A DNA stretch of 64,000 bases, from the NCBI RefSeq assembly GCF_009914755.1, contig NC_060935.1; one strand, 5' to 3'. Position numbers and translations under genes: made by a program. The notes beneath the pieces are model-generated. The model was not told the origin of the DNA, ran no database searches, and worked only from the letters and a program-made list of their open reading frames with translations. Positions within the stretch are counted from its first letter, which is position 1. Each line of letters starts with the position of its first letter. Shown here in pieces: positions 38,896 through 52,479 of the stretch. The stretch is from the human T2T-CHM13v2.0 reference genome, Homo sapiens.

Positions 38896-39774
38896 ACAAA
38901 AATTAGGAATAGTTTATAGGCTTGTAAATGAGTAAAGATGAAAAACATAAATATATTTTAACATGATTTGTAACTATAGCCATGTAAATTACTTCTATTA
39001 TAAATGACTGAGTAGCTGATGCTACACTTAGGAACAATGCCAAAACTGCAAAATCACGAAAAAGGTTTTAAAATGTTGTTTTGAGCACTAAGAAAAAGTG
39101 TATGATTTTAATAAAGAAAACTCAATTTCTTCACATCTCCACTAAATAAATATTGAAAAATTTAAAGGCTATCATTTAGAGTTTCCAGGTCAAGACAGAG
39201 GATTTAACATACACATTTAGTTCTGCTCTCTCCCAGGTTACAGACTTATTTTATTCTAGTTTTTGGAATAAATCTGTGAGGATAAAGAGTACTGAAGAAA
39301 AAACTACAATAATATTTTGATATTAAAATCAGATGAAGAGGTTGGTAGTATCTGACCCAACAGTTGGGAGAGTGCCGAATCTTAAACTGTGGTGATAAAA
39401 GCCAAAAAGCAATTCAATTTACACTGCAGATTCTTCAAAGGCTCAGGAATTGGCAACATAAGTGGGCACTGAAAGAGGGGAACTGGCAGGGAAGTTTGTT
39501 AAAAAAGCAGAATCTCTTTTCCACTCTTCATAGCCATAAATCTGACTCTTCTCCATAAACTGGAGGTTTCTTCTCTGGAAAGCTTAAAACAAGCACGTTA
39601 AAGGTAACAGTGCCATACTGAAACAGAGAGATTAAATAAAAATTTACATCAGAGTATTGAGAGCTAACCTCCAACTTTCTTTCTTCACTGAACTTCCAGT
39701 AAGCCGGCAGTAACATATTTACCCACCAGACAGGGAATTGGAAGAAATCGCACAATGTGACCAGCCCAAAGAAG

Positions 39775-40180
39775 TGTTAAATCAAGTTTAGCTTAAAGCT
39801 GCCTCCTTATATATTTTAAGTTTGGCCTAAAAATAAAGGTTTCTCTGTATATTGTAAACTATATCTTAAATCGAGTTGTATACAGACTGTAGCCTCCTCT
39901 TGTGCCAATCATTGAGTTTTGGCCAATCAAATGTGGCCAACTGTTCAAACTGTGCTCAAATAAGGCGAATGTGTAACTATGATCAATTCAGCTGTTTCTG
40001 TACCTCATTTCTGTTTTCTGCATGTCACTTTCCTTTTTCCGTCTATAAATCTTCTTCCACCACATGGCTGCGCTGGAGTCTCTGAGCCTACTCTGGCTCA
40101 GGAGGCTGCCCGATTCATGAATCGTTCATTGCTCAATTAAACTCTTTTGAATTTATTTCAGACAATTTTTTCTTTTAACA
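39775..40180 (+). mobile_element. MER57-type ERV1 solo LTR
   Basis: tgttaaatcaagtttagcttaaagctgcctcc...ttttaaca; TSD-like gaag / gaat. Confidence 0.88.
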
Positions 40181-40759
40181 GAATAAACTGAAAGAAAGTG
40201 AAACAGGGGGTTCCCTCAACCAGGATGACAGCCTAGACAGATCACACTAACAGAAAAGCCACAGTTGAGAAGTTTCACCACATAAGCTAAGTGTCCCAGA
40301 CTTAAATGTGAGGAGATGAACAAAGATCATGAGCCATTTGAGGCAGCATTTAATGTGAAAGACATGGATTAAAAGAACAGAGAAAGAAAAGTAACTGAGG
40401 AAACAGACACAACTCAGGAGAACAAATATTAATTTTAAATGATCATTAATATCCTCAGAGAAATGTGACATTATATTCATAAAACAAGAAGAGAATGCTA
40501 TAAGAAAGGAGCATAGAGAAAATGTTAAAACTTAATAGGAGAAAACAATAACAGAAATTAGAGCAAAAAGGCAAATAGGTAGAAAACAGAGGAGAAAAAT
40601 ATGAACAAACTAGAGAACCAATCTGACATTCAAATAATAGAGTTTCAAAAGGAAAAAGCAAAGACCATGAAGGGAAGGTAATCATTAAGATAAAAATAAC
40701 AACTTAAGAAAATTTTCCAGAACTGAAGGGATGAGTTTGCTACCAGTCTGCAAACATCC

Positions 40760-41785
40760 TATTATTCCTTCAAATTAAAAATAAATAAATAAGCTTAGCT
40801 CCACCTCCCTTGTCATCACCATCTCATTTCTCTGTAGTTATTTATAGTTAAACACATTGAAAGGGTTAATTCAACTGGCTTTAATTTCTCCCACTCATTT
40901 TCTCTTGGATGCACCCATCAAGGCTGTTGCTCCCACAACTCCACTGAAACTGCTCTTCTCTAAGGACACCTATGACTTTCAGGTTGCTAACTCCAACGGC
41001 CAATTTGCTGTCCTCTACCACCTGCCTCCAGACACGCAACTCCTGAAATCTTATCCAACTCATTCAATAACACCTTCCTCTTTCCAGTTGCCCAGGCAAA
41101 AATACATAAATTAATTATAATCAATTCTGACTCTTTCTTATACATTCCTACATCTATAACACCAAAAAAATCTGCTGGTCCCAACTTCAAAGAGAACCAG
41201 AATTTGGCTTAATGTTTATTTGATCACTTTAAGTTAAAAAAGCAGAATCTGTTCAATAGCGTACAAGGTCGCACATAATCGGATGCCTCTTACCTCTCAT
41301 ACCTCATCCCTTCTAGTGACCCCTTTGCTCACTCTGCTCCAGTGACATTGGTCTCCTGTCATCCCTGAATACACTGGACATCTGTCCTGCAGGTCTTTGC
41401 ATATGTGCTTGGAACATCCTTTGTCCAGGAATCAGCATCACTTGCTTCCTTAGCTCCTACAGGTCTTAATTCAAATGTCACCTTCTTGGTGTGGTATTCC
41501 TTGAGCACCTTATTTAAAACTGCAACCACCCCAACTCTCCCCCATTGGAATTTCCTATCCATCTTCCCCATTTTATTTTTCTCCGTAGCATTTATCACCA
41601 TTTAGCACACTAACTGTTTACTTATTTTGTTTGCAGTCTTTCCCTTTGATAGGAGTGTAAGCTCCTTGAGGGCTGATATTTTTCTGTTTTGTTCTTTGTT
41701 GCATCACCAGCATATAAAATAGTGTGTGGCACATAACGACACTCAATAAATATTTGTGGAATGAATGACTGAATAAATGAATGCT
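40760..41785 (+). mobile_element. L2 (L2a) with RT remnant and 3' end
   Basis: HNSTETAL...ANSNGQFAVL RT-like remnant; tail 'ctcaataaatatttgtggaatgaatga'. Confidence 0.85.
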
Positions 41786-42889
41786 GAGTGCGTAGCACAG
41801 TGGATGAAAGTAGGTCCACACCAAGAATATAATCAGGAGGAAGGCAAAGAAAAGACCTTACACATTTCTGCAGAGAAAAAAAATAGGTCACTTACAAAGA
41901 ACCAAAAATCAGAATATCATTAATTTTTCAACAGCCATAATAGAAGGTAGATGCGATGGAACAATTTATTCAAAATTCTGAAAAAAAAAGGTCCTTCCTA
42001 GAATCCTATAGACAAAGTATTAATTAAATGTCAATTTTTTGCTAAAGACACTTACAAACACTTGAAGTTTTCATACTAGAACATTTCATAGAGAGTTATT
42101 CTCTAGAAATGCTCCTCCCAAAAATAACATTATAACTAACTATTGCCCCTTCTTTAAGTCTTTTCTAACAATGCCACTTTTTCACCAAGGCCTACCCTGA
42201 CTTCCTCCAATTCTACATTGAAGCTCCTGATCCCAGTACCCCACTAATATCCAGGCAAGAGGGCCTCTAACCTGGGCCCTAGGTTTTGTAGAACTTGACT
42301 TATAATGAATACACACATTGTTAAAGACTACCTGGACACTTCTGTCAGTTGGAATCTGGCCCTCCAGGCTGGCCCAGCACTATCTATAACTATAAACCTC
42401 CATTCTCATGATTAACACCATTCAGGCACCAGGCAAATGCTTTTCTCCATCTTTTTCCAGATGTCCTGGAAATAAAAGGAAACTGTGGATGCCACAAAGG
42501 TGTGCAGATTGGGGCACTACCAACTTCAAAGAGGGATACTACTTTGGAGTACAGGTAGGATTTGAGCAGCAAGAACACTTAAGTAAGAGACAAATTAACT
42601 CTTCAAATGCTTTCTCTCCGATAGCCTGAATGTAATAGATTCTCACAGAAGAAAGTAACAATTTTTAGTGTTGTGGTACGTCCATTTCCTTGCTTCTCTT
42701 TGAATTTCAATTTGCATTTCCAAGGTACCCACAAGTTCAGTAGATATTCACAGCAGTCACAGATGTTAGCTGAGGAATATTTTGTAAAGTGAAATGATCC
42801 ATGTTGCTCTTAAATTTGTATAGCTGTAGGTCAGGCATAACATGGGTCAAGAGTGATGCCAGTTAAATGGGTCCTCACCTGAACTCTTT

Positions 42890-43165
42890 CTCCAAGGTTC
42901 CACAGATGCTAGAGGCAAATCTGTCTGATCCCCTCACCTTTCTCCACTTCTTTCTCCTTGGCACTTGCCACTTCCAAATATACTATGTAATTTACTTCTC
43001 CATTATGTTTATTTTTATTATTGGACTTTCTCTGCTGGAATATAAGGTTCTCAAAGGCAGGAATCTAGGATTGTGTTCACTGCTATAACTCAAGACCCTG
43101 GAATATATACAGTTTTTTTTTCTAGAATTCTTAATAAGTGTTCAATGAAATTTAATGAATGAGTG
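42890..43165 (+). mobile_element. L2 3' fragment
   Basis: 'tataaggttctcaaaggcagg...tgttcactgctat...aatgaatgag'. Confidence 0.65.
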
Positions 43166-43429
43166 GCTTAATTCTATGTATGTTCTTTAAGGAGGCATCT
43201 GAAGTATATACACTCCCAAAACAAGAGACAAATCAAATAATAGAAATACATGGGTTTCAAGAAACATGAAGTCCCACAGGATCACATATGAGAGAGAAGC
43301 AATGGGCATGCGTAGGATGATGGAGAAAGAAAAACCCACGATGACAGCTGTGCCCCATGCCTGGAAGTCACCGGTGCAGAAAGGAGAAGGTTGAAAGGCC
43401 CCAGAGATATTTCATCAAGATGATGGTAC

Positions 43430-43795
43430 TGTCTTAGTCTCTGGGCTGCTATAACCAAGTCCCATAGACCGGATGGCATAAAATGAAGAGAAATTTATTT
43501 CTCACCGTTCTGAAGGCTGAAAGTCTGAAACCAGGGCACTAGCATGCCTGGGTTCTTCAGGGCCCTCTTCTGGATGGCAGACTTGACATCTCACTGTGTT
43601 CTCATGTGGGGAAAAGAGGATGAGAAAGCTCGCTGTTTCCCCTTTTTAATAACAGCACTAATTCCATGTATGAGGGCTCCATCCTCATTCCACTCACCTT
43701 CCACAGGCCCCACCTCCTAATACCATCGCCTTGGAGGTTAGGATTTCAACATGAATTTGGGTGGAGTTGAGGAGACACACATTCAATCCATAGCA
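43430..43795 (-). mobile_element. MLT1A-type solo LTR
   Basis: tgtcttagtc...atccatagca; TSD-like ggtac / gatac. Confidence 0.85.
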
Positions 43796-45499
43796 GATAC
43801 TGACTAAATAATCGTATGTTTAAACATACAGAGAGGAAATCTGTGCAACTGAGGAAGTATGTGAGGTTGAGTTATCGATGAGAGGGAAAAATAGGCAAGC
43901 ATGGCAATTATTAATTCCAGGACACAACATGTTCTACAGCAGAGAAAGAGTGGATATAGTGTACCTCATGGTTGCTAACAGTCACAATAAAGTAAACACA
44001 AAACATCAATATAGGTGTTTGGTGGGGAACCGGGGCCAAAGATAACCAAATCATCATTTTACAGGTGGGGAATCAAGAGATTATGCCTGAAACAAAAAAA
44101 TTCAAGTAGCAATATGAGAAGTGGGAGGTAAATCCTGGAAAAATCAGCCTAGAGACTTGAGTGTGGCTGTTTCAGGAGAGAGAGAAGTAGAGTGGAGGAC
44201 AGCAGGGAGGACTTCAGCTTTTCATAATAAGCCTGGAGTTGCTGATACTCTAAAGTACATGCATATAAAACATTGATTAAAAAAAAGGACTCTAAAAACA
44301 CAAACCTCACACAAAAATTGCATTTCCTTATATAGACATATGGATGTAAATGGAGAGAGGGAGGTTTGCATGCTGCACTGTGGACAGTGGTTACCTCTGT
44401 TAACTGCAGGGCCTCTGGAGACCGGAGTGAGATGACAGGTGAGGAGGAACTCGGCGACTCTCATGTTTGCTGTACTTACTTTTATATTGTTTTTATCTTA
44501 ATGAAAATGTACTCATGGATTGTTTGAGGCAAAAAGACACAATACAGAGAAGGGGAAATGACATTTTGAAGAAGTTACCATTATCTGGGGCAGCTCCTTA
44601 TCTAACCGTGGATTGGAATGGGAGGCAGAGAAGGGAAAAGAAGCAGGAAGGCTCATTGTAGATAGGAAAATGAGAGTTGGAGTCCTCCAGAGACGAAAGC
44701 CCGAAAGAGGAATTTCAACCATGAACAAAAACATGAAACTTCTGGGCTTTATAGAGGCATATTATTTCTAAAGAAAGATTGGTCCTCAGACTATGTCTTT
44801 GATAAAACCTAGAATCATTCCCTTACAACTGAATGCAACAGCAAAACCCCACACACCTTACACTCAGAATTTAGATTTGCATCCATCTATGGAATGGGAT
44901 TTTTTAAAGCAAAGAAAGTATCTTTCTAGGAATGGGCTGCATGAAGCCTGTCTCCTGCCCTCTGGCCAGCCTCACAGATGGGCCACTCTGGCCAGCAGCC
45001 ACCCAGCACTGCCCTTGAGCGTTCTCAGCCTACTCAGTCCTGGCAGGCGCCCCCTGCCAGAGGCCCCTGGGAGTCATCATGTTGTAGGCCATTACAGCAG
45101 AACATTGCTCTGCTGCAGGGGCAGCTGGCTGGCCCCAGGAGATCACTGACAGATGTTACACCTCCCTCCCCACAGTCACCAAGAGCAAGGGGAGGGAAGA
45201 GGCAAAGGAGTGTGTCTCCTATGGGATAGATGGTGGCCAAGCAGCAGGCCAGCGGGATACCAGAGAGGCAATGCCTTTACCAAGCAAAAAACAAAAATAA
45301 AAACAAAAAACCCTCTTCTTGCACAGTGGTAGGTCAGAAAATAAAAAACTATGCTTTTGTGGGTTTGGCTTCTTTTTTGCTTAGGTTGGGTTGTATGAAG
45401 AAAGAAAGGGGCTGTGAAATCACAATACATTGTTATCTATCTATGCATACATTAAGCCTTGCCTATTTATTGGCTTAATCAACACCAACTGAGACATAG

Positions 45500-45740
45500 C
45501 GTAATAATAGCCAACATTCATTGAATACTGAATTATATATAATTGCCACGCTTGTGCCCCACTCCATGCTAAGACTTCATATCTGTTAGCTCAGTTAATC
45601 AACACAAACATGATCATTTTAATCTTGTCAATGAGAAGATGGAACTTGGATTAAATAAGTAGCCCAAGATGACAATGAAATCTGAGCACTAGGATGGCAC
45701 CATTTGTCGCCAGCTCTTAAGTATCACCCTCCACTACCTC
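45500..45740 (-). mobile_element. Degenerate MIR
   Basis: 'aataatagccaacattcattgaatact...ttaaataagtagcccaagatgac'. Confidence 0.45.
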
Positions 45741-48700
45741 CCACAACATTAGAAGTAGATTTTGAGCTGGATGATCTATGCCAATCAGAAAAAGCTTAAA
45801 TTTACTTTAGGCTGCAGTCTTTCCAAATGATTTGGGGGTTAGGACAATGAAGTTAAGCACAATGAAGGCTGAAGTAGGGGGTAGAAATGCAGTAGTATGG
45901 TGATGATCCAGGCCCTCTGAACTTATGTAAAAGGACTAATCCAGACTGTGCTCATTGGTGGAAAAGCAAATCCATTAGCTGCAAGTGTGCCTCTCATTGG
46001 TTTAAAGCCCACACCAGCAAGAGCATACAAGAAGCTGGCCTTCAGCCCCTGCCGCTGGGTGAGGTAGGGGCAGGCAGAAGCAATGTGTGGGAGAGATTGG
46101 AATGATGAGGACAGTGGGGTAGAACGGGGACTAGAGGGTCAGTCAGAGAAGGCTAACTCAACTGCCATAACCACTGAGGAGTTTTGAGTAGGGGAGATCA
46201 TGATTAAAAAAATAATTATATAGCAACTGTAGGCAAAGTGGACTGGAACAAGGAAAGATGAGAATTAAGAAAGCAGTTCAAATGGCCAGGAAGGCATTCT
46301 TCTAAACCCTAAAGGCCTCATGGCTATAAAAATCATGGAAATGATATTTCAAATGATCAAAACAACCTTGCAAATGAAAGAGAGACTCAGCTTCCACCGC
46401 CTTCTAAGAGGTGCCCTCTGAACTGCCTGCCTGCTGGCCTCCTTCTCCATTCCTTCTGTCCTCCTACGTGAGAATTATCTGCTGACAGTGACCATGGTGG
46501 GGGCAGGAGGCCAAGGATGATTTCTTTTCCATGAGGATTGCTTTGCAATTGCCCAGTTCCAGCAATACATATGCAGCTCTGTGTAGAGAGGAGTTTGCAT
46601 TGAATCTGTTAGAAAGGAAACTCCAAAAACCTCTGTTGGAAATGACAGCTCTTGACAAGATGAAAGGAGGTGTCTTGCTCAGATCTTCACTTAAAACAAT
46701 CTGGAGTTCCATTAGTATTCATTGAGGAGCTGCAGCACAGAACGAGTACAAGCACCATGAATAAAATTAAAACCGGTATTGACTCTCAGCACAGTGGAGG
46801 GTGGGAGGGGAGCTGACCAGACTTCCACAGCCTTGATTCTTAGTGGCCAGACATGACCCATCCAAAGCATTGTGTGTACATTTTAAGCTGGTATCAACAA
46901 CCGCCCCACCACTATGCCTTTAAGCCTGTCCACACCCACTTTCCAATTTCCAGGGATGAAGTCAGACAGAGGCACCCCCTTCATTATTCCTAACAAGCAT
47001 CCCAGATGTACACCATCCTGGTTCTGCCTTAATCTGGCTCCTGATCTTGGCTCCATGCCATGCTATAATTCTTACCTTGACCTTTGGGCTTTCTGTCTCA
47101 CTAATTCTGATGCTTCTCTCTTCTTCGGGGTGTTTGATTTATAAGTTTCCCCCCTCTGAACTCTGAAACTGGGAGTTCGAATCTACTCTAGACCACAGAA
47201 TACCCTGACCTGGTCTTCCCATTGATGTGCAAACCTCAGCTCTGATCCATCCTGCTTGGACCATCTTAAATTGAGTGGGGAGTAGGGGTAGGGCCACCTT
47301 GCAAAACTGCCTCTTGCAAAACCTACTAGGCTAGATCTGATCATAGTCCTCATTTCCCTGCCCCAGTCACAAGTGTACAACATCCACCTAAGAGGTACGA
47401 GGAAGAAAGGGGAAACGTTTCCTAGAAGGTGAAGTTATCCCAGGAAAAAGAGTTGAAAAAATCCCATTTGCCTTTTCTTGGCTCCTTTTTGTCATTCCTC
47501 CAGGGTTAGGGTGACCTGGCTCTTTGGAGGTCGGATATGTCCTCAGCACTTATTTGCAAGGTCATGTTAGCCCCTAATTGTGCTTGCAGCTGCAGCTAAA
47601 GGCTCCAGAAGGTCCTCTGTTCCGGAAAGCATCTCCGTCTGTCACTGCTGTCAGTATGTTTTCTGTTTTCTGGACCTGCCAGAGCAGCTGTCTTCAATGA
47701 GCCACATGCAGGATTCCTGCTCCAGAGAATCAGAGCCGAGCAGGGCATCTCTAAGTGCAGTGTACACCACCACAACAGGGCCTGTGTCCTGTGAGGGTCA
47801 GGGCATGGGAGAAAGTGAGCTGGCATCTTACCAGATGGCCCTCATCAAAGGCACCGTATTTCCAGGCCCTCTTTATACAATTTTTCAGGTTCATTTTATG
47901 ACAAAGGACACAAATTACTCTCTCAGCAATGGTTGAGACTCCAGAAAATGCTCTTCTAGGCCCACTTCCCCTGACAACCTCCTTCTACTCCTACCTCCTT
48001 ACCCTGGCTTTTGTCCTCATCCTCTGCTTCACGCCCACCCTAAGCTTAGCATTCCCTTCTCCCCTTCTTTGTCCCTTTAAGGTCCTGCTTTATGATATAG
48101 TCTTCTCTGACTTTGAACGAAATAACTGGTTAGACTTTGACCATGGCTGTGCCTTTTGGACAGATATGTCTGTGGCTTCTGGTCTTCCCGAGGCTGAAGC
48201 CCTTTGCAATGGAATGATGGGGACCCTCCTGCATTTAAGGCCTGGAAGTATTGGGACTGGGACTTAGGAGCTCTGGATAGCTGCTGTCTGTACACAGTGA
48301 GTCTCACTGTGAATTTTTCCATTGTCTGTGGTTTAGGCATGAAAAGGAGGGGATTGGAGCTGGTTTGGGTTACCTTCAGATGCCACTAACCTCCTGCAAA
48401 ATGATTCTGATCTAATATGGTGCCTCCCTTACTTACCTGCATTTAACAAGATCACTTCGATACCCCATCACCTTCCAGAAGCTGCTACCAGAAGTCCCAG
48501 TTAGAAAAGTTGGGTGACTATCACTTTGGTGATACAGGGGAAAACTTCGGTGATATCAAACCAGTCATAAGGGCCAGGAGGATGTCTGTGTCTACACTTA
48601 GAGAGCCTCTGGAGTTAATTCAGATCTTTCCACTGCCATGAAGCTTTTCTGAACAACTCACAGTGAACGGATCTCTCTCTTCTCTGATGAGTGACAGAAG

Positions 48701-48748
48701 TACTTTCTTAACCTGTATTTGTCCCTACAATTTCAAATAACCACAGCA

Positions 48749-49041
48749 GGCCAGGTGGCTCATGCCTGTAATCCTAGCACTTTGGGAGACCGAAGCAGGT
48801 AGACCGCTTGAACCCAGGAGTTTGGGACCAGCCTGGACAACATGACAAAATGCTCTCTGTACAAAAAATACAAGAATTAGCAGGGCATGGTGACATATAC
48901 CTGTGGCCCCAGCTCTTGGGAGGCTGAGGTTGGGCAATTGCTTGAGATGGGCAGGAGGAGGCTGCAGTGAACTGAGATTTTGCCACTGCACTCCAGCCTA
49001 GGTGACGGAGCCAGACGCTATCTCAAAAATAAAATAAAATG
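48749..49041 (+). mobile_element. AluJ (Jb-like)
   Basis: Dimeric Alu; TSD aaataaccacagca / aaataaccatatca. Confidence 0.92.
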
Positions 49042-49054
49042 AAATAACCATATC

Positions 49055-49295
49055 AAATACTTCTATGGTGCTTACTATGTGCCATGCATGGCAATACGCA
49101 CTTTATAGATATTATTAACCCATTTAATCCTACAACAACCCTTTGAAGTAGGGTCTATTAATATTATCCTTATTTTTTTAGAAAAAGAAACTGGGCACAG
49201 AGAGGTGAATTAACTTACCTAGAGAAACAGCACTAGTAAGGGGTGGTGCCTGAATTTGAAGCTGGAAGTCTGGCTCTAAAACTCAGGTCTCATAA
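49055..49295 (-). mobile_element. MIR SINE
   Basis: 'cttactatgtgcc...atttaatcctacaacaaccc...gaaactgggcacagagaggtgaattaactt'. Confidence 0.85.
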
Positions 49296-49924
49296 GCTCC
49301 AGAATCAAATTATTTCTGTGACAACCTGCCTTAGTCCATTTTTCATGTGGCTGCTTCATTGTTGGTCATTTTTGGTACCTACACTTTATCTTTAAATTAT
49401 GTCCTGTGATACTTGAAGGCCAATACCATGTTTAATACATCTTTGGGTTTCTAACAATATTAGCACAGTTATATATAGGCTTGCATATATAATTGGTTAA
49501 TAAGTGACTACTGACTAACATGGTGAACAAAAAAAGAGATTAATCTAACCAATTTCAATCTTTTCTATAACTTATTTTGCCTCCTAAGAATCCCTCCAAG
49601 AATATACTTTACTCCCCCGGGAGAGGTTATTTTAAAAACTAAATAACTAAGCACTTAAGAAAAATTCATCCCTCCTGATGAACTGATGTTCATGCTGTTT
49701 GCCTTTTTATTTCTGCTACCAAGAAGCTCAAGGCTATGTTTTTTTTCTGTAAAAGACTTGTTATACTTAGTTTAAATATTCTGGTACAATTATACTCCCT
49801 CTTTATTATTTGACCCTAAATAAATAAATCCTTGTATGAATAGCTTTACGAATCTTTTATCCATGTATTTTATTGTGAGCTACCTCACTTTCTTTTTGGA
49901 GGTCTGATGGTAGACGAGAGTAGG

Positions 49925-50060
49925 TATGCCTCAGCGTCCTCATCTGTAAAATGGAATAACAACAGTCCCTCCACAGCAGGGTTAGTGTCAGGAATAAACA
50001 AACTGAAGCATGAAAAAAAACTTGAGACAGAGCCTGATGTACAATAAACAGTCAAATGTT
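49925..50060 (+). mobile_element. MIR fragment
   Basis: 'gcctcagcgtcctcatctgtaaaatggaataac'. Confidence 0.7.
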
Positions 50061-50164
50061 GAGGGAGACGAGAAGGAGGACAAAGAAGAATTGGAATATT
50101 CTTCTAGGTTCCCATAGAACATTTATGTGCATGTGTGTTGAAAATAACTTATATTTCTAGGGCA

Positions 50165-51302
50165 GGACTCTTCCCTGAATTCCAGACTTGTATATCCAAA
50201 TACCTACTTATTGCCTCCATTTTTATATCTGATAGACACCTCAAACATGTCCTTACTATCCTAAATCTTTTCCTCCTGTAATCTTTCCCACTTCGGGCAA
50301 CTTCCAGTGACTTACACCAAGAAACTTAAAATCATCTGTAATTCCTCGTTCTCTCACACCCCAAATCCAATCTCTCAGAAAATTATTTGGCTCTACCTTT
50401 GAAATAGACCAAAAATCCAACCACCTCTGCCTTGTACTGCTCACACCCAGTTCAAAGACACCTGCATTATTGCAGTGGCTTCCTGGTGGGACCTGCCTCT
50501 CCACCCTCAGAACCCTTCCAGTCCATTTTCGAAGCAGCACCCAGACCGATCTTGTCCAAATATAACTCACCTTCTCATTTCACTTACTAGAAGCCAAAAA
50601 TCTTTGCCATGACCTCCAAGGCCCTAACTGACTTGGCCCACAGGTTTCTCCCAGACTCTGAATTCTAATACCCGCCCCTCCCCAACTCCTTCCACCACCC
50701 TTTTTGGGAAAAGTTAGGCATGTGCTCACCTAACAGTCTTTCTCACATCCCCCCTTGCCAGAGTCCTCAAGGCTCTCCCTTGCCTTCTTCACATCTCAAA
50801 TGTCACCTTGCTGGCCAGCCTATCCAAAATTGCAGCCTCACACACCCACCTGTACCCCATCATCTCCCCTACTTTGTTTTTTTCTGAATAGCACTTAGCA
50901 CCATCTAACATGCTCTATGGAGATGACACTCTTACAAATCAAGAGCACAACCTCTAGAGCCAGATTACCTAGGCTGGGTCCCAACTCCACGATCACTAAC
51001 TGTGTGATGCTGTGCAACTTCTCCTTTCTGTGCCTCGGTTTCCTCATGTTTAAAATGGGGTTGTCGTGACAATTAAACGAGTTGGTATACGTATATAACC
51101 TAGAACAATGCCTGGTATAAAGTAAGCACTCTGTAAGTGTTAGCAACAAGTCATTTTGCTTATTATGTTATCTCCCACTAGGACACAAATTTCCCTATGG
51201 AAGGAAGTGTGTGTGTTTTGTTCACTGGGTCTGTTACCAGCAATAGGAAAGATGCCTGGCACTTCCTCTAGGTGCTCAATAAATGTTTGTCAAATTAATA
51301 AA
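50165..51302 (+). mobile_element. L2a interrupted by MIR
   Basis: 'gaattccagacttgtatatccaa', 'ctcacaccccaaatccaatc'; tail 'ggtgctcaataaatgtttgtc'. Confidence 0.8.
50935..51145 (+). mobile_element. MIR SINE inside L2
   Basis: 'ctgtgcctcggtttcctcatgtttaaaatgggg'. Confidence 0.8.
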
Positions 51303-51560
51303 CCTAGAGCCTGGGAGGAAGGTCAAATACAGAATTAGCAGTCATGTCCTTAGACACGCTGTTTGAAGCTTTAAAAGTGACCAAACAGGATGTAGAGGAA
51401 GAAGCCAGACTGCAAAGAGAAATTGATGTCAGAATTTTTTCTCAGTATCAATAGTTATGAGATAAGTAGAGGAAGAATCGACAAATGAGGCCAAGAAATG
51501 CCCAGATGGCAAGCCTTGGGAAGATCCAAGATAGTGTTTTATTATAAAAATCCAGGGAAA

Positions 51561-51882
<322 letters not shown>

Positions 51883-52479
51883 AAATCCAGGGAAAAGAAA
51901 ACTTTAAGACATACGAGTGAGCAGTACCAAGAAATGCAGCGGGTTGAGGCCCTGGTAGGACCACTGGATTGGGCAAACAAAAGAGCACTGGTCACTTTCA
52001 AAAGAGCAAATTTAGTAGCAAAGCAGGAAGTGAGCCAAGACCAATGGCAAATTAAGAAGTGGAAGCAGCAGCTATTGACTGCTCTTGAAGTTAAGCAGTA
52101 AAAACAAATGGAAACAAACGGAAAAAGAAAAGACAGGAATCAAAATATAACTCTTCTAATTTCACTCATAACGGAAGCCAAAGTCTTTACTATGAGTCTT
52201 CAAATGAAGTATTGTTATACTATTTATATATAATAACATACTTATTGATGCTACTTATGTATTGTGTTTTTATGTGTAGAAATCCCCCTGCCACCGCCCT
52301 GGTCTCTCATTTTATATTGTGAGATTTTTTTTTTTTTTTAGAACAGGTGCAATTTGGGTATCTGTATACATAACTGGTTCCCAAAAAAGATTAGGGCACA
52401 ACGTTAGTAAGCTTTCATTTCTTTTTCCCCCTCATAGAACTCAAAACCTCTTTGTGGACTGAACCCATTCAATGAATGT

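Larger units (their letters stand above)
39175..44290 (+). mobile_element. Fragmented ancient L1ME/HAL1-like element interleaved with MER57, L2 and MLT1A
   Basis: ORF1-like pieces 'aataatagagtttcaaaagg', 'aaaattttccagaactgaagg', 'aaataggtcacttacaaagaacc'. Confidence 0.5.

Noticed and set aside
40112-40125. Palindrome cgattcatgaatcg
   Set aside because: Part of the MER57 consensus as I recall it; not locus-specific.
47000-48300. Segments resembling ancient Gypsy-type LTRs (also about 53560-53780 and 54950-55150)
   Set aside because: Only a compositional impression; I could not identify termini or diagnostic motifs.
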